Assembly: GCA_964106915.2 (NCBI GenBank)
Contig: OZ066929.1
Reading direction: 5' to 3' (one strand)
DNA: 64,000 nt
Source: Podarcis gaigeae
Taxonomy: Eukaryota
Position 1 is the first letter of the stretch, and each line of letters starts with the position of its first letter. A model generated the notes under the pieces. The model saw nothing but the letters and a program-made list of their open reading frames with translations, was not told where the DNA came from and did not search any database. Of the stretch, positions 50,630 through 63,091 are shown one piece after another. The translations under genes were made by a program, and so were the position numbers.

Positions 50630-53600
50630 CTGTTGCTGCAGGGAAGCAGCAAGCAAGACTTTGAGGCTGTGGTCTCTTGGAAGAGGGATGCAACCCTTTC
50701 TGTGTCAGGGGACACTGACATGTTTGCTCGCCCACCAACATTTCCAAGGTCACAGCCAGTCAGGCAGGGAGAGGCTGCTTGCTTCTCTGATTCAGCCAGC
50801 CTCCCTACTCCTTAGGCACACTCCTCCTCCTCCTCCTCTTCCTGTGCTTTAATTCACAGTAACTTTCCCCTTCCCTGTCCCCAAGGTGTCCCTTTTTGTT
50901 ACCGATTCCTTACTCTGATGGGAGGTGAATGGCTCTTAATCCCAGCATTGGTCAAGGGACACCAGCCTGGACATCCAGCAACCTCTAACCTGGCAGGAAG
51001 CAGAGGTCAGCCCCTGGCACCCCTTTCCCTGCTGGGTGAGGGAACCTCTGGCCCCACTGCTCCTGACTGTCCACTTCCTGGACTGTTCTCTGAAGACACT
51101 TCACTCTCTTGAAGCTGCTGCCTGTCCAAAGGAGGAAGAAGAAGCAACTGTCTCTGGCCCTCCCTGCTTGGGAATCCCTTGAACTGCCCATTGATTGGGG
51201 CAGGCGGAGGCGGTGGCAGGCACTGGCTTCCCAAGTGGCTATGGGCATGTGCCAGTTTGTGCCCACCTGTTAAGAGAAGTCACCAGCTTCTCCCACGCTG
51301 CCTCATTGCTGATGTGACCCTTTCCAAAATGCCCCCGGGGGTGGGTGGTCTAGGCCTGTACTGTAGGAGTAGCCACGAATCTTACTGATCCAGCTGTGTT
51401 CAAGAGTTGTCTTGTCTGATTTTTAAAATGGAGTCAAGTTTAGTTCCACCAAAGGAGGCTTTCTTTATTTCTTTCTTTCTTTCTTTCTTAAATTACATTG
51501 AGGAGGGTGGGGGAAGAGTGATATTTAAATAAGATTTTGTAACCCTGTAACATAAAGAGCTAGGGCCTATAACACATTCCAGTGTACACAAAAGAATCCC
51601 TGCCCCTGAATCCAATAAAGACTATTCTAAAATGAGATGCGTGGAGCTATGTAGCTGCCTGGAATGGGACGGGGGCTGATCTTAGAGCTAATATTGTAAG
51701 TGGGGAACTAAACGCAGAGCTGGCATGGAAGAGCATTTGAAGCAGCTGTTTCTGGGTTCCTGTTGACAGCTCAGTTTGGGGAACGAGGAATCGGCTCAAG
51801 GTTTGAGTGGCGATGCTGGACACATGTATCTATAAGATATATGGACTCTCTGCCTACCTCTGCTTGTGAAGCTTGCTCTGTATGGCCATGCACTGACAAA
51901 CAGCAAGGCTGGGAGCTACCAGCCTCCAAGGCCAAAGTGATTTCCTTGCCCTTCCGCAGAAACACAGGATGTGGGGTGGAGGGTCCTTGTTGCAAAATAT
52001 CAGTCTCTGGTAAAATCTAGAAAAGAAAAGAGAAAAGTTTGCATATGTAAATACGAACAATGGAGTACTGTCTTAAGACTTCAGAGGCATCTGAGGCTGT
52101 GTCTCTGATTTCCATCATGGACCAAACTGCAGAGCCCAGGCACTATGATAACAGTTAATGGGGCTGCTAACCACTGTTAGTCATACTCTTGAGTAGTCCC
52201 ATTAAAATAAATGGGTCTTCTCTGAATACAATTCAGTTGAATAGCACCCAGAAATCAAAAGGTGCTGGGTACTTGTAACATATAATGGCGCTTCATTTGC
52301 ACAGATTCCAGGTTCAGTGAACAGACCAATCTGGGGCTCTTGTGCCCCAGAAACTTGCTACTGAGAGCAGTCAAACTCCATGGTAGAGGCAAAACTGGAT
52401 AGGGCACCATGCCACACTAACGAAATAATGAAGAAATATAATGAATAAGGAAGTACCTTTCAGAAGGGTAAGATGTGCTTGCCACTTGCCTTATGCCTAT
52501 TAAGTGGCTAATAATTATTAAGTGAAAAATAATTTTAGAAAGCTGATGAAGATTCCGAAAGGAGTTCACAACGTATCTGAAAAAGTTCCAAATGCATTTT
52601 GCTATCTTTGAATTCTTCCTCACCCAGTGGAAGGATTAAATGAGCACTGCCCTGACCACTACCAAATTATAATACAGTAGTAGTAACTGGGATTTGCCCT
52701 CTGATAAAATGGTTAGTCTAGTCTCCCTTTTAAAGTTCTATTTAAATAGAAATGGAATATTACTCGCTAATGGTATATTAACAGGAGGTTAAGGGGGGGC
52801 TCTTCAGGAGACAACTGCCCCCAAGATGCATCATTGTTTCCTATAATAAGAAACTTGGAGTATTCATTTACAGTTCTCTGGAATAAGGTTCTGGGTGCAA
52901 ACTTAATAGCATCAAGCTGCTTGACTGTAATTAACTTGCAGAGTCCTTGAGCCTCTTGGTTTGCTTGCAAACTTTTCAAGTCTGTTGGTCACAGGTGAGA
53001 GATATTGCCCTGAAAGAGCCTGTGTAGAACTGCAATCTATCTAGCCATGGGTTATGAAACTGCCATCCACTCCCACCCCAATTTCTGGTTACAATGGTGG
53101 CACCCAAATATAAATAATAAGGTAAAGCTTTATCTTTCTGCATTCTGAAATTGTAAACAATACATTTTATGGATACAGCAGACAGAAATTCTCAACTGTA
53201 TGTCTAAAGTGTTTCAGGAAGCTGCACCTGCAGAATTGTAGATTACACTTTTGAATATAAGCATTAGCTATGGAGGTATTCTGACTCCACTCCACATTTT
53301 GGGAAGAATTTGCTTATCTAGGGGGTGTGTCCAGCAATTCTCCTATTCAGAGTAAACCCACTAAAAATAATAGATATGAATAACTTAATTTCAGTGGGTT
53401 TAATTGGATATAATTTAGGGCTCAACCACACTTTTGTTTGTACTAGTTTCTAGCATTTTGTAGCAAACAATAATAACAGGTTTGAGAGAGAGATTTTTTT
53501 GTCCCGCTGATCCTCCAGGAAAACCCACTGTTTACCAAAGAATTGGAACAAAAGGAAATTAATAGAAAACCCAAACACAATTTTGTCCCTCTTATGAACC

Positions 53601-54832
53601 AGTCCAAAAATAGCTCCTGAACAAGAATTTGCATTTATTGGCTAACAACCCAAAGGCTCTCAAACTGTGGTAGTTTTACTCATTTATTGTAATTTCTCCT
53701 CCTTTCGCACTTCTGTGTTATTCTCTCATTCCAAACTGCCACTTTCTTCTCTTCTTTTACATTAACTTCATGTTTAGTATTCTTTAAAAATCATGTATCT
53801 ACAGTAGTTTCCTTCCCACCCCCCACCCACCCCGCCCCCACTATGGGGGCCCACTAGTCTCTCCCAGGTGTCTCCTCCACTGTGACTTCCCATATGTTGT
53901 TGTAATACATCATCCCTAGCCATTGGTTGTGCTGGTTTGAGCTGGTAGGAATTGGGAGTCCAACAACATGGGGAACGCCAGGGGTTCACCACACCTGGTT
54001 TATCTCCTGCTAGCTGGGTTGCCTGAGCATCCCTACAGCTTCTTGACAGGTCAGTGTGCCAGCAAAATCACCTGTATCCACCAATACAGAAAGTTTCATA
54101 TGAGGCTGTCTCTCCCACTGCAAAGAGGAGCAACACGTCAGGCAACCAGCTTCCATGCTGGATCCTGTGCTCTGCTCTGAAAAACCAGCAGCAGTGCTGT
54201 TATTGTTTTCATTTCCCTTTTTGCTGGGTCTTCACCCCCCTGTTCTGGTCCTCTCAAGAGGCTGCAGCTGTTGGCCTCCTGGCCTCAGAAAGGCGAATCC
54301 AGGGCGCATCCGGGCCCTTTAAACTCAACTATGCTGGAAGATGAAAGGATTCATCAAACAGTGGGATTGCATCTCCCTCTCAATATGCAGGGGCTCCTTT
54401 TTTTATTCAAAAAGGCTCGAGGGGGCAGGGAAAGGAAGATGCGCCAGGGACCTCCCTTCCCTGGGTGATGTAATGTTCAGCTATAATTAGGTTGGTCTCT
54501 TGTGTGAGCGAATTTGTTTCAACTGGGAAATATTTGGGGCTGTTTATTCTGTTTGCTCTTCCTCCGAATGGGGGAGGGGGTCCACTGGCGGGGGGAAACT
54601 GCCCAGATATTGGGGTGTCCTGTTCTTGCCCACAGCCCCTTCTGCCACAATGCTGATATAGCGCTGACCAGCCCCGCAGAGCTGTTGTAAGGTTTGCTGC
54701 AACACATACTGCAGTGGTGGGGAACCGTGTGTGACCTTCCAGGCCTCTATATTTTTATTTATTAATTGCATTTCATAGAATGAGAATTGTAGAGTTGGAA
54801 GAGCCAGCAAGGGTCATCTCGTTCGTCCCCCT

Positions 54833-55477
54833 GTTGTTGTTTAGTCATGTCCGACTCTTCGTGACCCCATGGACCAGAGCACGCCAGGCACTCCTGTCTT
54901 CCACTGCTTCCCGCAATTTGGTCAGACTCATGTTTGTAGCTTCGAGAACACTGTCCAACCATCTCGTTCTCTGTCGTCCCCTTCTCCTTGTGCCCTCAAT
55001 CTTTCCCAACATCAGGGTCTTTTCCAGGGAGTCTTCTCTTCTCATGAGGTGGCCAAAGTATTGGAGCCTCAGCTTCATGATCTGTCCTTCCAGTGAGCAC
55101 TCAGGGCTGATTTCCTTAAGAATAGATACATTTGATCTTCTTGCAGTCCATGGGACTCTCAAGAGTCTCCTCCAGCACCATAATTCAAAAGCATCAATTA
55201 TTCGTCGATCAGCCTTCTTTATGGTCCAGCTCTCACTTCCATACATCACTACTGGGAAAACCATGGCTATAACTATACGGACCTTTGTTGGCAAGGTGAT
55301 ATCTCTGCTTTTTAAGACGCTGTCTAGGTTTGCCATCGCCTTTCTCCCAAGGAGCAGGCGTCTTTTAATTTCATGACTGCTGTCACCATCTGCAGTGATC
55401 ATGGAGCCCAAGAAAGTAAAATCTCTCACTGCCTCCATTTCTTCCCCCCTTGTATTTACCAGGAGGTGATGGGCCCA
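54833..55477 (-). mobile_element. 5'-truncated RTE-BovB LINE
   Basis: The 197-aa ORF (FLGSMITADGDSSHEIKRRLLLGRK...WCWRRLLRVPWTARRSN...GRQRTRWLD) is the BovB RT C-terminus. (CAA)n tail. 12-bp TSD GTTCGTCCCCCT (54821-54832) / GTTCGTCGCCCT (55478-55489). Confidence 0.93.
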
Positions 55478-55646
55478 GTTCGTCGCCCTACAATGTACAA
55501 ATAACAGCCAAATAATTCATGACAGATAGCCACCTAACCTGTCTGAAAACCTCCAGCGCCACCTTCTGAGCTAGTCTTCGCCACTGCTGAAGAGCTCACC
55601 ATCAGAGAGGTCTTCCTAATATTTGGTCAGAATCTCCCTTCTTGTA

Positions 55647-55879
55647 CAGGGTGCGTCGGATTACAGACGCTTCAGGTTACAGACTCCGCTAACCCAGAAT
55701 GAGTACCTCGCGTTAAGAACTTTGAGAATGAGTACCTCGCGTTAAGAACTTTGAGAACAGAAATCATGTGGCGGCAGCAGGAGGCCCCATTAGCTAAACT
55801 GGTACCTCAAGTTAAGAACAGTTTCAGGTTAAGAACGGACCTCCAGAATGGATTAAGTTCTTAACGCGAGGTACCACTG
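55647..55879. mobile_element. Tigger-like MITE, inverted copy of the 29710-29951 family
   Basis: Reverse-complement similarity to 29710-29951 (agactccgctaacccagaa, ggccccattagctaaa, cgaggtaccactg). TA TSD at 55645-6 and 55880-1. Confidence 0.85.
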
Positions 55880-55964
55880 TACTTTGAATCCATTGGTTTG
55901 GGTTCTACCCTCTGGAGCAGCAGAAAACAAATTTGCTCCATCTTCCATCTGAAGATTTATATCC

Positions 55965-56170
55965 CAGATTTTTCTCCTAGGAGCCCACGGTGGCGTGTAT
56001 GGTTCTTCCCTTCCTCATTTAATCCCCACAACAACCCTGTGAGGTAGGTTAGCCTGAGAGGCAGTCACTGGCCCAAGGACACCGCCAGTGAACTTCTTGG
56101 TTAAGTGGGGATTTGAACCCTGGTCTCCCAGGCTCTAGTCTGACACTCTGACCACTGCACCACACTGACT
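55965..56170 (-). mobile_element. tRNA-derived (MIR/CORE-like) squamate SINE
   Basis: On the - strand, A-box-like TGGTGCAGTGG and B-box GGTTCAAATCC. The cacaacaaccctgtgaggtagg core is present. Confidence 0.7.
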
Positions 56171-57199
56171 CTACCTGACACTCAGGAAGATATCCCAGTT
56201 GAGGGGGTCTTCTTTTGCCGGCTGTGGCTGTAGCTTTGTCCCTTTCCTGGAAGTCCTGTGGGGGCTGCTGCTGCCTGATGTGCTCTGGGCCTCTGGAAGT
56301 CACTCTTTTGAACAGCTGTGCAGCCCGTTGTGCAACACAGAGCAGGGAGGGGGTTGATGGACTCCAGATGTTGCAGGGTCTCTGCCAGCATATTTGGACT
56401 GTGGGAAAAAGGGGGAATCTGGCCGGCACTCATGATCTCCATCACCCCCTCCTCCTCCAAGCTGAATGATTGCCAGCTCCACACAAGGTGGTGGGTGGGC
56501 CACAACTTCACCTGCGGTGGAGCTGGGACCCAGAAGGATGTCTTAGCTGACCCTGCCCGGCCTGTCTGCCCCCAGCCCATGACATTTTCTGGTCCTCAAA
56601 CTTCCTTTCCTGCTCATCTTCTTTTCCCCATACCTTTCTTTCTGAATCAGGCAGCTGGGAGAGTCCTGGCAGAGCTGTTGTGTTGCCTCCCAGTGCCCAG
56701 ACACCAAAAGGAGGGGACTACCTGTTTCTTCCCTCACCTGTGGAAGGTCAGACTGCAGGTGGTTCAGGAAGGACCACAAGAGCAGGTCCACGTGGACTCA
56801 GCTTCCCTGCTGCATCCTCTTTTCCAGCAATCTCACCACCTGCAAGAAAATACCTCTGGGTACCGGCTGCTTACTAGGGCAAAGGAGTCTTTGTCCTCTA
56901 CCTCCACTGGGTGTTGCACCCAGGGCAGCAAGACTGAGAGAGGGAGCTGCCTTGCCCGTTAGTTCCATCTAGCTCAGTACTGTCCACACAGACAGGCTGC
57001 AGCTCTCCAGGATTTCAGACGCAGGGGCATTCCCAGCCCTCGCTGGAAGTGCAGACTGAATCTGTCACCTTTGCATATCAAGCAGCTGGTGCCACTAAGC
57101 TGCAGTCTCTCTCCATTGCGACCAGGAGATCTCCCTTCTCCTCCGTACTCCCGAGAAGGAGGAGGCCACCCTCCCTCGGAGCACGTGCCGCTGCCAAGG

Positions 57200-58350
57200 G
57201 ACCAGACGGGGCGTCGAAGTCAGGCGCAGCCAGCCAGCCAGTTGCGCCCCGGCACCTCTCTTGATCCAGCCCTTTGTTCAGGCTCTCCTCCAGCGGCGGC
57301 GGCGGCTCGGGTTGCAGCCAGCGAGCAGCGCCTCTCCGGTTTCCAGCCCTGCCTGCTCCTCCTCCTCCTCGGGCACAAGCCGGGGGGCACTGCCAGTCCC
57401 CGGGCGGGCGGCATTCGGCTTGCCTGGCAGGTCACGCGCCGGGCAGCGGCTCATCCCAGCCTGGCACAGAGCGCCCCAGGAAGAGCGGCGAACAAAGGCC
57501 AGGCCCGGGGAGAAGGGGCGGGGGCTCCTCCGGCTCGCCCTCCTCCTCGGGCTGAGGCGGAGGGACGGCCCCTCGCCGAGGAAAGAGGAGTCCGGTCTGG
57601 GCGAGTAGGAGACGCGGGTTCCAGCGCTCCGCTCGGAGGCATAGCGAGCGAGCGGGCGAGCGGGCTCCGCAGGTGGGGGCGCCCCGTCGGGGCCACCAGC
57701 CAGGTAAGCGGGACGGGGCGGCGAAGGATAATTCCCTTCTTTGGACGGGACGCACCTGCCGGGGATGGAACTGGGATGGGGAGGGGGGCTCTTTCCTGGA
57801 CTTGGGGCGGTTCCCTCGCCCCTTCGAACCCCCCCCCCAATCTTCCCCTCTCCCCCCAGCTATTGTTCGTATTCGTGTCTAGGTATATACGAGTGTTGGG
57901 TGGGGGCGAGATGTCCCTGTAGCCAGCGGTGCCCCCTCCCTTATAGGCGATTGGCTCGACTCCTCTCTTGTCTATCTCCAAGGGAGCTCCTTCCTGGATG
58001 GCACCTGAAGAGGGCACCGGTGTGTGTGGGGGGGGAAGCTCTCCTGCCCGCCTCCCTGCCTGGACGGACGTGGCGCATTCCACACATTTTTGGCATTTCT
58101 GTTCCCTAATCCGCGCAGCGAGCGAGTCTTCGGGACGGGAGAGAAGGAGAAGGGGGACCTGCGGCGTCTTGGCAGGAGGGGAGACTGGCAGCCGCATGCA
58201 GCCCCCTCCCCGCGCTGCTGGGGAGCAGAAAAGAGGTGCCAGAATCCCGAGCGCCCTAAAGGGACGTTATGAGTACAGATCTCCTCCAACAGTTCCGGTG
58301 GAGACTTAGGGACAAAAGATCTGGGTCATCGACTATGGCTCGTGGACAGG
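57200..58350 (+). promoter_or_regulatory. CpG island / PHLDB1 promoter and probable non-coding exon 1
   Basis: CpG-dense, with GC boxes and a strong donor CAG|GTAAGC at 57703/4. It lies ~4 kb upstream of the PHLDB1 ATG exon (acceptor at ~61734). Confidence 0.7.
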
Positions 58351-61300
58351 ATTAAGCCGTGTGCGTCGCTCTCCGCACCTGAAACAACGCAATGCTTTTC
58401 TGGCTTTTTAAAAAGTGCACGTTTCCTTTGTTGAGCTGACAAGGGAGTCGGCTGGAGACTTTAACGGTGACAGCCTCTTTCTGTTTGCCTGCGCTGCTGG
58501 TTTGTGGGAGGCCCAGGTGGGGAGCAAGGCGAGGGATAGCACCTGGACTCATTTAGGACAAGGTGGAGGGTCTTCCAAAGGCACTGGGGTGAAGCCACCC
58601 CAAAAGCCAAGGCACCCAGAGTGGGCAGCAGCAGGACTGATCAGCCATAACCTCCCCACACCCCTAGCAGAGAATCCCTGGGAATGCTCTCCCAGTACAG
58701 GAGAATGGCTTTGCTATGATGTTCTGGCTGAACCTGTGGAACTCCTGCCTGTCATAGTGACAGGAGGCATTGGTGGAGGATGAGTGGAGGGATGCTGTCT
58801 CTTAATTGCAGGACTCTTAGAGAGTTCCTCTTTGTAATGAGATTTCTATTAAAGTTTTTCATAATATAATAAAGCGGCGGCTACAAAAAGCACACACAAA
58901 AAGAACAAGAATACGGAGTCCTCTTTTAAAAGTAATTCTTAGCCCTTACGACCCACCAAGGATAGTATCCCTATCCTCAGGGAGTTTCTCTTTGGAGACC
59001 TTGGAACAGCAAAAACTTTTAGTGCATCTTTAAGAGCAGTTCTCTCTCTACAGCAACAGAGGCATCTGGTCCACCATTGAAAGGCTGATCCCTTTGGAGG
59101 CAAAGGACAAATTGCCTGGTTGCCTTGCCTAGTTGTGGCTAACCTCCTTGGGGCCAGTTCTGTTTTGTGCTCAGGGCGGTGCCCAGAATGTTCTGAGACT
59201 TTCTTCACAAATGAACCAGGGAGCCTGTTGCTCTTGGTTCTGCCCCATGAAAGGGTTTAATGAGCGGAGGGCAATTCCCCCCTTCATTTAATCAGGATTT
59301 GCCAGTCCTGGGAATGAGGAAGGCGTCGTGTGTGCGTGACATTTTCTGGCAGCCACAGAGAGCCATCCAGGGACACCTCTCTCTTGGTACTTGGATGCTT
59401 ATCTGGTGGCAATTTTGAATTTGAATTCACCCAGTTTATTGGTTTCTCTCCCCAGCTTGAGTTGGGTAGCCAGGATCTGAAATATCCATCTGCTAATGCT
59501 AATGTTGGAGAAGCACATGGCTGTGAGCATCCCATGTGGCAGTGGGCATTGGTGGGCTTCCACGGTTGCTTTTGGGGGCTGCAGCTGCCAGGATACTGCC
59601 TGACTTATTTGGGGACACAGGAGCTGAAAGGAGCCCTCTGCCCCTTGGGGAACTGGGGAGGGGGACTCCTGAGCCAGTGTGCCTGGTGGATAGATCTAGC
59701 TCTTGGTTTGTTTTCCAAGGGGAAGTGGCTGTTGCCCCTGTTATTGTCCGCTGTTGCCTTGGCAACCTGTGGCCTGGGCTGGGCCTCCCCTCTTCGCCTG
59801 TGGATGGGACAGGAAAGGCTGTTTCCTCCCGGTGACTCAGGATTGCAAAGGGAACTGGCCTCCAGAGCCTCTTGCCAGCTGTGGGAACGGCAGAGCTTTC
59901 GGGTGCCCCTCCAGGAGTCAGGATGGTTGTCTTGGAAGACTTTTGAGGTGAGTCTCCCTTGCTTGAGGGGGGCCTGGAGGCCTTTGGGGACCCTCTTTGC
60001 CTATAGGCCCTGACTGTGGAGGATGCACCCGTGCCTCTTGGCACCGCGGGGAAGGCTCTGCTGCTGCGTGGCTCTTTGACAAGCCCTCTTTAGCTTGGGC
60101 AAGCCTTGCCAGTGCCATCTGTGCCCCACCACTGGCTCTCCCTCCTTCTCCTTGTGGCTGACTCTCCTGCATGAGGACTGGAGGGGTGCAGATGGGCAGA
60201 ACAGTTCTCACTCTGGTCCAGCTCAATGTGTGTGGGGGGGGTGGAGCTGGTCACCCTGCTCTTGTGTCATCTTTTTTGGCAATTCAGTCGCTGTGGGCGG
60301 CCAGGCCTTGGCCCAGCTCAAGACCAGGGCTGCCGCCCCCAACTTTCCCAGGCTCTTTCCTGGGGGGGGTGGGGAGGACAGGCCAAAAGCAGCCTTGCCT
60401 GGGAAGGGAGTGGCCCACAAGGAGGTCTGTCAGCTTCTCCTGGAAGGGGCCACATCACAGCTGGGGCTCACAGGCAAGTTTCCCCTATCTCCCTTCCTTC
60501 CCCTTCCCTCAGAGAACCTTTTTTCTTCCTCTCTGTTTTCTCTCTGTGTGCTTTGTGTGTGTGGTCTGGCTAGAAGCCCCCGCAACTCACTCGGTCCCCA
60601 GGCCCAAGAGGAGGCTCGCAGCCGTCCCAGGCCCACTTTTTCTGGAGCTCCGAGCCTTTGGCATTTGCTGCCTGGCCACTCCCAGCCACACAAGCGCCTC
60701 ATTCTCTGACCTCTTCGTGGAGAAGAAAGCCGCCTTGTCGCTGCTGGCAAGGTGGGGTGTCCACCCTCCCTCCCTTCTCCAGAACAGAGGCTGCTTGTCA
60801 GGGCTTGTGACCTGCTGGAGCAGCTCTGGAGGAGAGAGGGGAAGGCAAGGGAACAGGGAGACCACCCCCCCACCCTCACCAAGGCAGTTCCTGAGGAGGT
60901 TCCCCCCCCCCTCAGACTTGAGGAGAAAGAAAGGCAAAAAGCCAGGACTTGTGGCTGCCTTTTCTGCTGATGAAGAACTCTTGCATCCCCTTGGGAGGAC
61001 CTGTGTTCATTTCAGGGAGGTGGGAAAGGGAGGGAGGGAGAGTTCAGGGCAGAGGCTGTGGGTTGGGGGCTCCTGACCTGTGCCAGGGGTCCGTGAGTGA
61101 CTGCTTTGCCTCTCTGAGGGGGCCCAGGTGGCTCCTGCAAGGTAGGGCAGTGTTGGGACGCAGCCTGTAGGTGGCGCACTGTGGTTGCCATGGTGGCCTC
61201 CTGAGAAGGGGCCTGGGGGTGCAGAGATCTGAGGTGCAGCTGAGAGAGAGAGAGAGAGAAAAAAAAACAGAAAAGGGACAATGAAGTAGAATCGCTGGAG

Positions 61301-61747
61301 CTGTGGGGGCATTAAACATCTTGCCAGTGTGATGTTGTTGCTTTTCATGTACACTCTTCCATGTACTTGAGAAAGCAACATGTCTTTCTAGCAATCGTGC
61401 CAGAGGGGCAGGTAGGTCTGTTTACAATCTAGATTTCAGATGGAGTGAGAGATCAGGGAACAAGTGGGGGGGGGGGAATGTGTGCAGACACAGTTGGGTG
61501 GTGAAGGTGGGGTTGATGGGGGGGGGCAAGGGATTACTCTTGGTTAATCCCAGATTCAACATATGGGTCTGAGAAACCTAGATTTTATTTTAATCCCCCC
61601 CCCCTACACTATTCAAAGTGGCTTTGATGCAGAAGTCAAAACAAGATGGTCACTTGTGGGGGGGAATTGATCTCCTAGGTGGAACTTTGGGTCATCTTCT
61701 GGGCTAGGATTTTTGACCTTCCCTTTTCCTTTAGGGGAACTGTTGCC

Positions 61748-63091
61748 ATGGAGACCTGTAACCGCAATGTGGCCAGCCCAGCTGGTCGAGTGCAGGCACG
61801 TCTTCAGGTGAGCTGATGTTGTGAATGGAAAAAACAACAACTTGGAATATTGTGAATGGAAATACTTGTAAACAAAGCGGGGTTCTCACCTTCAGGCCAG
61901 TCAGTGAGCATAGGGAGGGCAATACAGGGCCTTTTCGGTGCTGGCCCATTATTTATGGAGTTGGCCTGGAGTCAACTTTGTTATCTTTTGGCAATGGTTG
62001 AAGATTTTCCCTAGTTCTGTGTTGCAACTAAGTGCTGTGCTATTGTTGGTTTTATTAGGATCTCTCCCCACAACGGGTACCACCCTGAAGCAGGCACAGG
62101 GGCTGAAACCTTTGTGTGCATCAGTCCCAAATGACCAGGAGATGCTCCCCCACTGCAGTACCAATGGCCTCCTCCTCTCCTTGGCTCATCAGCCTTCAGG
62201 GCTTCAACAGAGCAGGGCTGCTCCCTGCTCCTCTTATTGTCCAATTAGGAGGATTGGCCCTAAATCCCTTAGGGTTAATTGGCTTGCTCTGTGATCCTAT
62301 TAGAGTGAGCTACAGACCCTGGATACTGCCTGCAACTGGGGCAGTTCTCTTCCTTCCTCTCCCATCTTCTCCTGAATCTCAGCCAGCCCCATGCCTTGGC
62401 CATCCACCCTATTCACTTAGACCCACATCCCACGGTGGTGGGTGAAGATGGAGGCTCCAGAGGAGCTGCAGCCAGTTAAAACTATTCTCCACCCTGCAGA
62501 ACAGTCTTCTAGACCTGACCGAGACAGGCAAAGGCCTGAAAGTGCAGACTGAAAAGCCACATCTGGTGAGCCTGGGCAGCGGGCGTCTCAGCACTGCCAT
62601 CACTCTCCTGCCTCTGGAAGAAGGTAAGCACCTGCAGGGCTGGTTGGGAAGCCCCTTCCTATGCGGAGGACAATATCAGAGCATCAGCCAGGAAAGGTGG
62701 CCCAGCAGAATCTCTCCAACCTCGATGTGCTGGCACATCCAGTTTAGGAATCTCTTTTGGGCAGCCTTGGCTACTCTCAGGCCCCTGGCTGTCAAGCTCC
62801 CTAGGTGAGAGGGGGCACCTGCTTCTCCTGCTGGGAACTAGCCAGGCAGAAGAGCTGCTTGGGGGGCAGTGGTTGCCCCACATCCTGCCCTGTTGAGCAT
62901 CTGCCTGTGTCTCCTTGCAGGCAAAACCATGCTGGGCTCAGCCGCCGGAGACATTGTGCTGCAGGGGGCTGGTGTGGCACCCAAGCACTGCTTCATCGAG
63001 AACACGCACGGGACTCTCACTCTGCACCCCTGTGGCAACCCGTGTGCCATAGATGGCTTGGCAGTCACACGCCCCACACGCCTTTCTCAAG
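61748..63091 (+). CDS. PHLDB1: Pleckstrin homology-like domain family B member 1 (LL5alpha), first three coding exons incl. FHA domain, 3'-partial
   Basis: Exons 61748-61807 (METCNRN...), 62500-62623 (LDLTETGKGLKVQTEKPHLVSLGSGRLSTAITLLPLEE) and 62921-63091 (GKTMLG...HCFIEN...PTRLSQ). The gene continues beyond the window. Confidence 0.92.

Larger units (their letters stand above)
54774..55950 (-). mobile_element. CR1 LINE 3' fragment hosting BovB and MITE insertions
   Basis: catagaat...agaattgtagagttggaag...gggtcatct resumes after the BovB copy, then tcagaatctcccttcttgta | ctttgaatccattggtttgggttctaccctctggagcagcagaaaaca resumes after the MITE. Confidence 0.72.

Noticed and set aside
54780-55376. 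198-aa plus-strand ORF
   Set aside because: It is the antisense shadow of the BovB RT fragment.
57071-58197. 283-aa (+) and 248-aa (-) ORFs
   Set aside because: Stop-poor CpG island with low-complexity Pro/Gly/Ala/Arg translations and no recognisable domain.
59330-61076. 227-, 204- and 301-aa ORFs in PHLDB1 intron 1
   Set aside because: GC-rich intronic sequence, mostly non-ATG starts, overlapping frames and no recognisable protein similarity.
62448-62499. Alternative PHLDB1 start at AAGATGG
   Set aside because: It lies 52 nt upstream of the exon start and is therefore out of frame.
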